Assembly (NCBI GenBank): GCA_016748015.1
Contig: JAAOMT010000009.1
Coordinates: forward strand, 1,861,924-1,925,923
Source: Geosiphon pyriformis uo1
Taxonomy: Eukaryota; Fungi; Glomeromycota
Direction of reading: 5' to 3'
Length of the DNA: 64,000 nucleotides
Shown here: positions 12,960-25,989 of the stretch, piece after piece
Position numbering within the stretch: the first letter of the stretch is position 1
Layout: the number at the start of each line of letters is the position of its first letter
Translations under genes and position numbers: made by a program
The notes under the pieces: generated by a model
The model's input: only the letters and a program-made list of their open reading frames with translations
Told to the model about the DNA's origin: nothing
Database searches by the model: none

Positions 12960-15900
12960 AAACTTCTTTCTCTCATTCATCCCAAATTTCCAAGAAAAAG
13001 TCAAAAAGTTTTTTGAAAGAAGTTTTTTTTCAACATTCAGTATACTAAATCCAAACCATTTTTTGATTTTGAGGCCACTGTTGGCTCTAGTATTGCTGTC
13101 ATAAAAAAGACTGCAACAAATTTTGGCTCAGGTGAAGGTTTCAGGCCTGTTTTGTCAAGAAAAAAGAGAAAGAGTGTTGCTTTGGAAGAGGGTATTAGTG
13201 AAAAAGGAGTTCTGACTAAGGTAACAAGTAGTCATTTATAGAGTTCTGAGACTGGCGACACCACTAAGTCTGAAAGCATTGATATAGAAGAAACTAGCTT
13301 TGACTATGGTGAGAGTAGAACTATTGCTGATGGGGATCATGATCAGACGCCTAAAGGGCCAGGTGTTAAAACTAAGAAAGCATTGGGCAAGCCATTGGGA
13401 AGAATAGATTTCTTAGATCATGATAATATTGATGATAATATCTTTTTGGATGTCTCCTTGAAACTGCCTCCTCCCTTGAAAAACTTGGTTGCTGTTTCTA
13501 TTAGAAAATCTTTCGCTTTGGATATCGGCCTAGATAAAGTGGTTGGGAAATCCTTTCAAAAGAAGCTGATAATGGTTAGAAATTTGTTCTCAAAAGTTAA
13601 TGGTTTTGGGGAGGCCTCTACTCCCTCAAAATTCTTAGGGATCATTCGTGCTTCCTTCACTTCTGAATCTAGTCTGGCACAGGCTACTAAAAAGACAAGA
13701 GTGGTAAATATTTTAGTAAACACTAATCTCAAGAAATCATCTAATCATTCAGATTGGGCTGTGATAGTTAAAAAAATTCCAGTTGGAATATCAGCTGAGA
13801 CTGTGCATGTTGTGCTTACTGAATTTGGGTTTGTTGTGTCAATCAAAATACAACTGGTAGGGCTATAGCAAAAGACTGTAGTTGAATTTGCCCAATTGAA
13901 TCAGACTAATTTGGTTGCAGCTAAATAGTTCATCTTAATTGAAAAAGATGCTGTAAAAGTAACCAAGTCTAATGCAGACAAGGAATTATGGGATATAAAG
14001 AATCAGCATAGGGTCTTGCTCTATATACTGCTGATGGGCACCAATGCTCATAATATCTGGGATTTTATTGGCTTTGTGAGTAAAAAAACTTGTGTTATCA
14101 ATAAACACTCTGTTACATATGCCTGGGCCAGGTGTGCTGTTGTTTGTTTTAACTCTGCTGCTTTGATTAATGCTGTTATAGAAACTACACCAGTCTTGAA
14201 GAGTGCCAATTTGCATTGGTCTTATATGAGTTCTGCGAAGTATGCTAAGTGTGAAAATTTGGGTCATATTTCTCTGAATTGTTTTGTGGATGAGAAAGTT
14301 TCTTCTGATGGCACAACTCACAGGATGTTGTTAAATGATGATAAAAGCAGACTGGCTTCTATTTATGCTAAACACTCTGCTCCAATTTCCCATCTGGTTT
14401 CTTTTGGTGGTGTCTCTTGGACCAATATTGTTGGTGGGTCTTCATTCACTTCTCTTCCTGTATGCAATGGCTTAGCAGCTTCTGGTTTCTCTTTGGAGAT
14501 AAAACCTATCCCAATGGTATCTATAGAATTGAATAATAGGTTTGCCACTCTTAAACGTAGTCTTGTCAGCCTTACGGAATGTGTTGACAAGTTGGCTAAG
14601 AGGTTGAACTCACCTGAGCCAACAGTTTCTCAGTCTAGTCCTAAATGTTAGCCATTAGTGATCCCTTCATCACAGAATCAAGAGGTAGATATAGTGATGA
14701 GTGAGGGTTCAGGTGTGGTCACTAGTAGTGAGACTATTGCAGAAGTGGCAGTTTTTGATTTTTCAGTTGTCTCTAAGATAGAAAAAACTCTGAAGAATCT
14801 TTCAGTTACAGTTATGAGTCTTTTGGCCAAAATTGACAATGCTGGTTTAGTTCCTACCACTCTTTCTTCTCAATGATGAAGCTGATGTAAAAGTTTGCTA
14901 CATGTAATGTTCGGAGTTTCAATGTCCCTGCTAAGCAAAAAGACATTATTCGATGGCATAAATAGTCTGAAAATATGGTATTTATAGTTATGGAAACAAA
15001 ATTAAGGTTTAATGTTAGACCATGGATTATGAACAAATTTGATGGAGTGTGCATTTTCACATCTGGGCTGATTGATGGGTATCTTGGGGCTGGGGTTGCA
15101 ATAGTTATGAACAATTCTCTGGCTTGACATGTTTTCAAGGTGAAGGAGGTTCCTGGTTGTATTATTTTGGTACATCTCCTTTTTAAAGACAAGGTTTTGG
15201 TCTCAATTATTGGTTTGTACGCTTGTGCCTCTCCTGTGACTGGTTTGGACAGGCACCTGGAATAAATTTTTTTATAGCTCAGGTGGTCAACTCTAGTAAC
15301 TTTGTTGTTTTAGGGGGTGATTTCAATGAGGACAAATCAATGAGAAGTGCAAGTTTCAGGTTCTGTTTAAGTATAGATTTGGTCAATTCTTTTAGTAGGC
15401 ATCCTCTGGCTGGAGCTTCTATGTGGGACAACTTGAGAGGCATTGAAAAAGTCATTGATCATGTCTTTGTTAGTGAGAGTCTAATCTCAGCTGTGACCAG
15501 CCACGGAGTAGAATCTGTGGCTGGGTTTTTTGACACTAATCATAGAGCCATTTCAGTTTCAGTTAACTTGGGTGGTCTTTTGGACATGTATTTGGCCAAC
15601 ATACATAGGCATACTAATATAGATTACTGGAAATTCAAGCTGAAAAATGTGAATACTGATGGGTAGAGGTTTTATGGAGTGCTCTTTGGACAAGTTTTTG
15701 AAGAAATCAGCTGTGTTTCATGATGCAGAACGTGGTAGTAATTTGGATAGTATGTGAGATATTCTCAAGGAAATAACAATTAATTCTGCTGATGCAATTT
15801 TCTCTAGAATTTGGTATTGTGAATTTGATAGTGCAAAGAACAAAACTTTCTCAAAATTTCATGAGTTAGAGTTACTAATGTCTAAGATTGTCAATAGTAT

Positions 15901-18900
15901 GAAAACAGGCCTGAGCTTGGAGACTAACTATTTAGTTAACACTTGGATGGGCTTGGACAATGATGGAGCATCCAAGATTTGAGCTATGATCAATGAAGGT
16001 GCTAGGATTGTGAATATTGTACAGCACATTTCAGTTGTCAAGAAAGAATATCATAGATCCAAATATCATAAATTAAAGATTGTTAGAGATGAGTCTATCA
16101 GAGCAGCTGTGGCAAAATGTATGGAAAATTTCTGCTCAGATAAGGAAAGAATAATAAAAAGCATTCTGAATCAGCCTTTCAGAAAAGTGGTTCTCAATTA
16201 TTTGGTTGTTGATAGAAAGCTTATCTTGGAGCCTTAGGCTGTTAAGTCTTCAATCGATATTATAATAAAAGATTAGACAAGAAAGTGTTTGGTCTCTGGT
16301 GTCCTTCCAGCTCAGTGGCTTGATTAATACACTCCTTTAGAGTACATTGTTGATGATGCATTCTCAGAAATCATGAGTAATATCAGTCTGAACAAACTTT
16401 TGGTGGTTGTCAAGGAATTGTCTAATGACAAGGCTGCTAGGCTTTCTGGAATTCCCAATGAACTTTGAAAACACAGTGGGTCTCTAGTTTTCAATGATCT
16501 TCTGAGTGTTCTCAATAAATGTTTGAAATCTGGTAGTGTTCTCACACAGTAGAGAAAATCTTGGGTCTCCATGATTCCTAAACTGTATGATTGGGAGAGT
16601 ACTCTCACCAACACTAGACCAATAATGCTGGTTGAAACTGCTCAAAAGATCTTGTCTAAAGATTCTATCAGACAGAATTTTTTTGGTTTGCAGCAGATGT
16701 AATGTTTTGCATAGTAATAATTTTTCGGTATTGAAGGGCACTTTTACACAATCTCCTATTTTTGCTGTTGGCTCAATTGTTGAAGATGCTTTGGAGAAAA
16801 ATAGAGAGTTATGGTTGATTCTTCAAGATATGCACAAGGCTTATGACTCTGTTGGTTGGACTCATTTATGCAACAGTCTAGTTAGGATTAAAATGTGCTC
16901 CCACTTCATAAGCTTTTTTGGTAGTATACACAATGGAAGATTCAATTGGGTTATGATGGATTTTGGTCTGTCTGATGGTTATATTGTGCATGATGGTTTA
17001 GATCAAGGGGAGGTGTTCTCACCACTTTTGTGGCAAATTTTTTATGACCCATTACTCTGTAAAGTCAAAAAACATAAACAGTTGTATGGCTACAAAATGT
17101 GCTCGAATTTTTACACTAAGTCTGGTAGGCCTGATATAAATAGTGGCAGTACTTCATTTTTTGCAGCAGGTGCTTTTGTTGATAATACAATTTAGATTGG
17201 GAATTGCTTGATAACAATGCAAAACATTTTGAACATAGCTAGTGAGTTTTTTTCTATTAATAACATCTCCATAAATACTGAGAAGACTGTTGCTATTCTT
17301 ATCAACCAAAATGTTTAAAAAACTAATCTATCTATTAGTGGATCAAAGATTTCAGTGGCTAAAAGAAATGAATCTCATTATTATCTGGGAATTTTTTTGT
17401 CTATTGAGGGCTTGTTCAAGTCAAGGCTTATGCTGATGTTAGATTTTTTTCGAATGTGGTTCTGAGAAAGACCATTACTGAGAAACAATTTTTGTATTTA
17501 GTTTTTGCTGTTCTGCAGCCTATTGTTTGCTATAGACTTCAATTTAGCTTTGCATCTAAGAGTATTTGTGAAAAGTGGGATAGGTTGTTAAGAAAGAGAC
17601 TTAAGCTCAAAACAAATTTATTTAAAAACTTTTTTAGTGTAACATTGCATCATCCTGAATTGTATGGTCTGAAGTCTTTTGAACAGATGCTTACTGAAAA
17701 TTTAATGGCCAATCTGGTCAACTTTAACAATGCGGATGGAACTCTCAACAGGTTTTTTGATTACAGAGTGATGGACTTACAAGTGGCCAGCTGGATGTCC
17801 CAGCACCTTTTTTGTTTTCTGATTATGTTATCTATTAGTTCTTTAAATTGTTTTTTAGCTGGTACTATGCATACTCTTGCTTTGTGCAATACTTTCTTGG
17901 GTGGTATCCTTTCTAATGTTTTTAAAGCTGGGTCTGGTGTGCCAATCCTGGATGTGTTAGGTATGAAAGGTTATCTGGGTGTAAGGAAATTTCTCAGAAA
18001 ATATGGCCTCATTTTCCCCAACCAATTGTTAGATCATTATGGCAAATGTTTCACTTGGAACACTTTTTGCAGATGGAAAAGACTTAATTCCAGAGGTTCT
18101 ATTCCTACCTGGTTTGTCTTCATTTCCAATTTCATCAAGTGTAGTGGTTTGAGTAATAACATGGTTATGGCATTTCATTCTGCTTCTGCTGATGTTGTTT
18201 ATAATACTGGTTTTGTTTCTGAATGGTTGCTTGCTGCCAAGTGTGACTTTATTAATGTATACACAAATAGTTCTGTCAAGGATTTGGGGTTTATTGATGC
18301 CTATGGTAATGCTGCAGCTTATTTTCCAAAAGCCAATGCAAGCATTGGTGTGAAAGTTTTTGGCTTGCTGTTCTCTATGCTGGTAGAGCTATAGGCTATT
18401 GCTTTAGCATTGGAGTGTATTCCTAATTCTAGCACAGTTACTTTGTTTACGGACAGTTAGGCTTTACTGGATATATACAAGTTTGGAGTAGATGGTTTTG
18501 GTCCTGATTTTCAATGCAAATACTGGATTGAAAAAAAGCATATTTATTAAGCTATTTCAAATAAAAATTTATTGGTCATGTGGAGAAAGATCAAAGGACA
18601 TTCAGGTGTAATCAAGAACAAATGTGTGGATTTTTTTGTGAACATAGTAACTTTGTCCAAGTTTGTGTTGTCCCTGAGCATACTGTGTTGCTTTCTTAGT
18701 ATTGAGAACAGGCCTGTTTCTGGGAACATGCATCATTTTGTTAGGAATTTGTTTGAAGCCATCAATTTCATCAGTTGGGAGTCCAAATTTGGCACCGACA
18801 TTGTTGATGTTGGTTTTGCTGGTAATGTTGACTCTTCCAAATCTTTCAGTGTTTGGTATCTTGATGGTGGGATTTGCTTTGGTTATACTAGCTCATTTTC

Positions 18901-19540
18901 TGCTTCTCTATGATCTTACTTTATGAAATCTCTACATCATCACCTGCCAGTTGTTGTAAGGAAGAGATTGTATAATCCTAAATATTTTAGCATAGTGTGC
19001 ATTAGATATGGTATGGTTGAAAATTCTAATTACTTGTTTTTGTGTAAGCATGACAATGTTGCCAGGCTGAATATACTGTCAAATATTGGTGTGGAGTAGT
19101 GTAAGATGGCTGGTAAATCTGCCAAAAGAAGTAGGATAATGCAATCCTTAAGTGAGGCTGAGTTTTCTGATAACCTGTACATGCTGTTGGCCAAGGAGTT
19201 TGTACTAAAAAGCTGGGTGTCAAATGCTGTTCTGTGTCTTGGTTTGGCTTCTGGCAGTGGCTTAATAGTCAAGTTGGTCCATAATCTCACTAAGAGTTAC
19301 AGATTGGATATCTGGTTGCCTGCTGCTAAATTGAAAGCTTTCTATAAGAAGCATAATCTTTTGCCATGTAATGGATCTGCTGTGTCATTGATTAATGGTT
19401 TGTTAGGTTTGTGGGATACTAGTGTCATTCACAGCTTTAGTTTCAGGTTGGGTGTTCATTTGTGTTTCAGTTTGTGTTCTTGTTTTACTAAGCTGGACTT
19501 TGGTTTCTTGAATAGTATATCTTTAACAGATTCTGCATGT
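12960..19540 (+). mobile_element. Degenerate LINE (LINE-2), cut near the end of ORF2 by the LTR at 19541
   Basis: Shared 5' leader. ORF1 ~13030-14876 and ORF2 14876-19540, with GGDFNE, LQDMHKAYDSV, GLDQGEVFSPLLW, AFVD(D>N), RNase H KIKGHSG. No poly-A at 19540. Confidence 0.93.
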
Positions 19541-20503
19541 TGTTACTGGAGGTTTTTGGTCTCTTCTTAGCTCTTGTATGTTTGTTGTAGTGCTGTTAAT
19601 TCACGACTATAAGAAGTGTTTGAACCTCTAATAACTGAATTTTATCTTCAAATTATCTCCTATAATTTGAACTGCTGGGCTTATAAGTGAAATGGTTAAT
19701 TCCATGCCAGTTGCTTTGTGTAGTTATGTTGTAGTAAACGTCAACTCTTTTCCAGAAATTGCTTGTCTAGAAGCTTACTAAAAATGTGTAGTTACTTTGC
19801 TGTGAAAGTCAACTCTTCTATAGGAATCTCATCTGTAGGCTACCCTGATGATTATAATAAGAAAATAAAAGAAAGAAAATAAAGAAATATAAAAGAAATA
19901 GAATTCTGTTAAGGGAAACGTTTTCTATCCAGACCTGGAGTCGCTAACAGTTTACTAAAATTGGTAGCTAATCAATTTCAAAATGTTAGTTGGGTTTTTT
20001 GGAGATTTTTCAAGTGCAATATTTTAAAAAAATTGGTTTTTCGAATTATTTGATATTTTATTTCTTTTTGTGTGTGTAGGAATAATTCTAAGTAATAAAT
20101 CTAAAATAAGATACATTTTTTTGAAGAGAGAAGTTCTTTTATACAACTTATCATATTACTATTCTATGAACTTGAACTTTGTTCTTTTCTACAATTTTAC
20201 TGAACTAAAGATACATTTCGGTGAACTACAAGTTATTTCTGCAAACTATTAGATATTTTGGTGAACTATCAATTATTTCGGCAAACTTTTGAATGTTACA
20301 TATTTCGGAATATTGCATAATTGATTATCGCAATTAGGTTACATTTGTGTTATGTACAAATTGGATTATTAATTAAATGATAATTTCGAATATTTTGCTA
20401 ATATAATAAGTAATAATTTGAAATAATAATATATGCTAATTAATAATAGGAATTATAAAGATAATTTCATGTTAAATAATATCTTTAATTTTGTCTGGTA
20501 ACA
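19541..20503 (-). repeat. 3' LTR of element A
   Basis: Direct repeat of 28395-29381. Preceded on the minus strand by the PPT TTTTGAGGAGGAAGTTA (20504-20520). Confidence 0.96.
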
Positions 20504-20529
20504 TAACTTCCTCCTCAAAACTGAGCTCC

Positions 20530-21310
20530 ATCGAAGTCCAAGTACTGTCTGTAATTTCTAAATAATAATCCAAAATTATTGAAGAAATTTGGTTTGAAAA
20601 TTGTTGAAATTTCAGTTCTGTAAGCTTTCCAATGTATTGAATCTTCAAAGGTTGTAAAATTGGGTTTTGTAGGATGTTTTCACAGGTATGGAATAGGTCA
20701 TAAAGTCTAAGAGCAGCTCTTAGTTTATAATGACTGTTTGTAGGTCCAGCTGTTGTCTTGAATTTGTTGTGGAGTTGTTTTCAAATAGCTTCTTTTGTGA
20801 GGTTTGTTGCTGTAAGCTCCTGTTTTCGTTTGTGGAGTGTTTTTCTAATGTAGAAATATCTATATATTGGAGTATAGTCGTAGTTTTTTTCATTAAGACA
20901 CAGTTAAAGTTTTTGTTGAATAGTAGCATTTGGTGGAATACTAATAGGAGTGAGCATTAAGTTTTCTCTTAAAGCAAGCTTTAAAAGTTCTGGCAGGTGA
21001 ATTCCAGAATAACTTCTTGTGTTCTTCTTATATAGGTGATATTTTTGTGAATTTGGGGCTAAATTTGTAACTACTTCTGTTTGAGTATAATTAATGTGGT
21101 TTCCAGTAACAGTAATGGATAATTTGAGTATTGTTTTTAAAGCTAACATTAGTTTTTGGGATAATTGTTGAATGTTTTGAGGAATAGTTATTATAAGAGA
21201 TTTGACAATAAAAGAAAATTTTTTTTGGTGTATGAGTTTTTATGTTATTTTTGCTTTGTTTTTGTGAGATTGTTTCTAAATTATAAAAAGATAACTATAA
21301 TAATAAATTT
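20530..21310 (-). pseudogene. Extra 3' ORF of element A (between integrase and PPT), unknown function
   Basis: Minus frame IYRYFYI(R)KTLHKRKQEL...KLRAALRLYDLFHTCENILQNP...IQYIGKLTELKFQQF. A similar segment occurs in element D at ~47050-47715. Confidence 0.55.
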
Positions 21311-21319
21311 AAGTTAAGT

Positions 21320-22692
21320 GTTCAAGTTGGGAGATTGTTCAATGACAATTATTGGTTCTAAATTTTGGAGAATATCTTTGGGATTGATTAAAGGGGAATG
21401 TGTACCAATTTGTGGAATTAATGGTTCAGGATTGTTTTTGGAATTATAGTGTTTCAAATGATCTCCATGTGCAACTTTTGTTAGGATTTTGTCATTAAGT
21501 CTTAGCTTGTATAATCCATTGTCTAGGACTTCATAGATAAAAAATGGTCCATCTCATTTATTTTCAAATTTTCCACTCCATTGTTTTTTAGCTTTAGTTC
21601 TGTGTAAAAAAACTTTGTTTCCAATTTTAAATTCATTGGTAACTGGGAGCAATTTGTTGTCATGCTGTTCTTTTTGTTGAGCTTGGGAGTATTTAATATG
21701 GGTGGCTGCTATTCATTGTTTTCCTTCCAATGTGCTAAGCAGAGTATAGGCTTTTTGTTATAGTGTTTCCTGAAAGTTGTCTTTATTAATTGGTTGTACT
21801 GGATATGTTTCTATTGTGAAACTAATTGGTAATGTTGTTGTCCTTCCATAGGTTAAATTAAATGGTATGTGGTATCTTGTTTTAGTGTTCTATATGCTAA
21901 TAATACTGATGAAATAAAGAGATCCCATTCTTGCTCAAAATCAGTTGAGACTTTGGCTAATGATTCACACAATGTTCTGTTGAAACATTTTACAAGTCTA
22001 TTTGTTTGTAGATGGTAGGGCGAAGATAATGGTCTCTTGACATTAAATTGTCTACAAATTTTCTGGATTAAATTGTTCATGAAATGTGTTCCTTAATCAG
22101 ATAAAAATTCTATTGGACATCTATGTCTACAAATGATGTCTTCATAGATGAAGTTTGCTACTGATTTTGCATCTGCTCATTGAATGGCTCTGGCTTCAAG
22201 CCATTTGGTGAAATAGTCTACAGTTACTGCAATATAACGGTTTCCTTGGTTTGTGATAGGTAGTGGTCCGACTAAATCGATACCAACTCAATTAAAAAGC
22301 TGTCCAACTTTGATTGGGTTTAAAAGTTCTGTAGGGCAAGTTTTTTTTCTTCTTTGACAACTATCACAAGACTTAATGTATTCATGAATGTCTTTTCTTA
22401 TTTGAGGCCAAAAGTAATATTCTAGTGTTTTCTGAGTGGTGCTGTCTTTTCCTAGGTGTGCTGATAAAGAGTCTGAGTGCATGTTATATAAAATGGTTTT
22501 TTTTTTATATTCTTGTATTAATCTGAGTGGATTGTCTGGGTTTCTGAAGTTTCAATAATAAATTATGTTGTTGTGTAAGAAATATTGTTTGGCTTGTTGT
22601 TGTAACTGATGTTTTTTATCTGAAGACCAATTTGTTGGGATTGTTAATGTCTCCAAATATTGTTTAAGATTGTTGTAGTTTTCAGGATTCAT
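21320..22692 (-). pseudogene. Integrase of element A (HHCC, DDE core, GPF/Y module), separate ORF with its own ATG
   Basis: MNPENYNNLKQYL start. H(SDSLSA)H...CDSC, VGIDLVGPLP, FLSD.GTHF, YHLQTNRLV..FNRTL, GPFF. Confidence 0.92.
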
Positions 22693-22738
22693 TGTTTGTT
22701 GTTTTGTTGTTAATTCAAATAGGTGTTGGTTTTGTATT

Positions 22739-24000
22739 CTAATCTTGTCTCATTCTTGAGAGACAATCAATGTTGGTATGGAGTTTTCCTGGTTTGTGGT
22801 GTACAATGTATCAGTAGTTGGCTAGAAATCCTGTCCATTAGATTTGTTTGGCATTCAGCTGAGTGTTTTTATTTTGAAGCCATTTGAGTCCAATATTATC
22901 AGTGAAAATGTCGAATTCTTTAAGCCTGAGATAAAGGTTGAAGTGGTGTAAGGCCCAAATTACAGCTGCTGTTTTTAGTTCTGTAGCAGGGTAGTTTTTC
23001 TTAACTGGTTTTAATGTTCTGCTAGCATAAGCAATTACTCGCTCATTTCCATTGTCATCTAATTGTGAGAAAATAGCACCAAAGGCAGTGTAAAAAGTGT
23101 CTGTAGCTAGTCAAAATTGGTTACTAAAGTCTAAGTAGGCAAGAATTAGAGCTGTTGTCAATTTTTTCTTGAGAATTTCAAAAGCTTTTTGGTGTTCTTT
23201 CATCCATTTGTATTCGACATTTTTAATAGTGAACTGGTTGAGAGGTTTTGTGATTTTTGAGAATTCTTTAATAAATTTTTAATAATAGGATGCTAATCCA
23301 ATAAATCCTCTTAATTCTGTGGTATTTCATGGAGTCTTGAAGTTTTTGACAGTGTTGATTTTTTCGGGGTCTGGTTTAATTCCATCTTTGCTAACAATAT
23401 GACCAAGAAAGACCAAACTCATTTTTCCAAAGTGGCATTTTTTGATGTTTAGTTTCAATTCTGCTTTTCGTAATCATTGAAAAACTTTGCACAGGTGTTT
23501 TAAGTGTAATTCAAAAGATGGTGAATAAACATCAGTATCATCGAGATAGACAACTACTGATTTCCAAAAGAGGCCTTTGTAAACAACATTCATGAGTCTT
23601 TGGAATGTTGCTGGTGCATTGCATAATCCAAAAGGCATTATATTGAACTTGTAATTTTCTTCTTGAGTAGTGAATACTGTTTTGGGGCGATCTTTGGGAT
23701 CCATGGCAACTTGCCAGTATTCACTTTTTAAAATCTAATGTCGAAAAATATTTGGACTTTCCAAGAGCATTTAGCATGTCATCAATTTGGGAAAGAGGGT
23801 AGGCATCTCCAATAGTGACACTGTTAAGTTGTTGATAATTAACACAAAATTATATCTTTCCATTTTTCTTTTTAACTAAGACCACAGGTGAAGCCCATGA
23901 ACTCATTGATGGTTGAATAAGCCCATTGTTGAGCATCCATTGTACTTCTTTGCAGATAAATTGGTGACTTTCTGGAGCAACTCGGTAGGCTTGCTGTCAC
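22739..24000 (-). pseudogene. RT and RNase H of element A
   Basis: MPFGLCNAPATFQRLM, VVYLDD, VIAYASR.L....NY...E, ending DCLSRMRQD* at 22739-22741. Confidence 0.95.
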
Positions 24001-24579
24001 TTTGGTTTGGCATTTCCTGTATAGATTTGGTGTTGAACCAAATCAGTTCTTCTTAAGTTATTGTTGTTTTTGGTAAAAATATTGGCAAATTCTGCAATTA
24101 GCTCTTTGAGCTGGCTTTGTTGTTGTGGTTTAAGTTGTCCCATGTTGATTCGAAATAGTTTTTCTATGACAACATGGTAGTTTTCAGAGCTGGGATTTGG
24201 ATTGATTTTTGGTAGTAAATATCCAATGATTTCCAAGAAATTGGGAACTATTTGGGGTAGTTTTTGTTAAAAAATATTACTGTGAATAACTCCAATTTCT
24301 AAGTTATTTAATAAAACTATGGGGAAATTGTTGGAATTGTAAAAAGTAATTCGGATTTTCTTTGTTCCTTCTGGAATATAAATGTTTGGGATCAAAATAT
24401 TATGTTTTAAGCAGATTTGTTTGTTGGACTCAAAAATTTGTTGTGTGGTTGTTGGCTTTTCACAAGTGTAAATTTCAGGATGTTCTCCAAAGAGTGAAAT
24501 GGTAATGGGTTGTGGAAATTGTAAAATCTGGTGAGATTCTTTCTGTTCATTGAAGGCTATGTTTACTGGAATTGTAAAT

Positions 24580-25010
24580 CATCCAGTTGAACCAAAATCT
24601 TGGGTTTCTTTTTTACTTTTTCCCAATAGTTCTCTTTAATTGACTAATTGTAAACCTGAAATGTTGATTAAGGGTAAATAAATGGCTTGGGCAATTTTTT
24701 CAGCATGTTCAATCTTAAATGGCTTGTCAGTTTTGTTTTGGAGTATTACTGTTATGTCACCAGTATATCTAGCATTAATTATTCCTCCTCTGACATTGAT
24801 TCCTTTGCTTGCCAGAGAAGACCAGGAGGCGATTTGAACCATTGCTCCTGGTGGGATTTCGAGAGCAATTTTGAGGTTGATTTTTGTGAGAGATTTGGGT
24901 TTGAGAACAAGAGTATCCTTGTTTGGATATCTTAGGTCATATTCAGCATCAATTTCATGTGCTTTTTTGGGTTTTATTCCTTGTTCGTTGTTGTTGAAGT
25001 ATTTGAGTTG
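24580..25010 (-). pseudogene. dUTPase domain of element A
   Basis: AHEIDA(G>E)YDL, AS(R>W)SSLA, GGII(D>N)A(G>R)YTG, EKIAQAI and a C-terminal FGSTG: the five trimeric dUTPase motifs, with transition damage. Confidence 0.92.
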
Positions 25011-25129
25011 TAAGACAGGCTGATTTTTGATGAGATAAATAGATGTTGTTTCAATTTCTTCTGTTGCTTCAGGTTCTCCAAATTCAATTTCATATTCATT
25101 ACTTTTGCTGGACAAGGGAATGCTAAAAG

Positions 25130-25745
25130 CATAGCATTCAGAACACTATTGTTCATCACAAGGCATTATGCATTCCTTACATAATTTAATGTTCATTTGT
25201 TCTAACTGTTGAGCTTGAGCTTTTTTAGTTGGATAGGTGTGACTTGCAATTTGATGGTACACTTCTACTTCATCTTCATAATCAAATCCAGTTAATTCTA
25301 TAGTGTATTCAATGTATTCTGCTTCTTTCATTTAACAAACATTTTTTTTGGTAGCTCCATTAACTAATGCTATTGCTAGATCAAAAATCATCTCAGCATC
25401 ATAGGGGTAGTGATAAAGTTTGTTGAGAGCATTGTTGTATGCTGCATCAAAAAATGTTTCTCTTTTGACTTTTTCTGAAATTGATAAAGCATATTGGCAG
25501 GTTTGATTGCAGACTCCTCCTCTCATTGCTACATCAATCCAATTGTATTCTTCTGGTAGCATATCTCTACAAGTCAAACAAGGGGTGTTGTCCCATTTTC
25601 CACTTCTTTTTATTAGATGGCCCTATCGTTCTCTGTGGCAAGCCTTGCAGTAATAACAAGTATGATTTTCATATTCTTCTTCAGGTGAAATACAGGCTCT
25701 TATTGAGGAAAGTTTCTTGTGTTAGTCCTTGCATTTAAGCAGAAT
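25130..25745 (-). pseudogene. Uncharacterised Cys-rich domain between protease and dUTPase (element A)
   Basis: LKCKD, YYCKACH, PCLTC, VCNQTCQY, LYHYPYD, LCKECIMPCDEQ.C.EC. Homologous segments occur in B and C. Confidence 0.75.
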
Positions 25746-25989
25746 ATAAGGGTGTTATTTCTTTGGTTCTGGTTTAGAATATGGAATGTTCCATCCAGGG
25801 GTTTCTGGTTTCTCTGGATATGAGTTTGTTGCAAAATATGTTTGCTCAGTTTCTTCAGCCCAGTTAGATGTTGATTTAAGTGCCATAAATGTTTCAACTA
25901 CAGACTTTTCTTCCTTCTCTTCAAATTCAAAGACAGGGGCTTTCTCTGATTGTTTGTTGAATGTACCACAAGTAGCGGGTACTTGAGCA

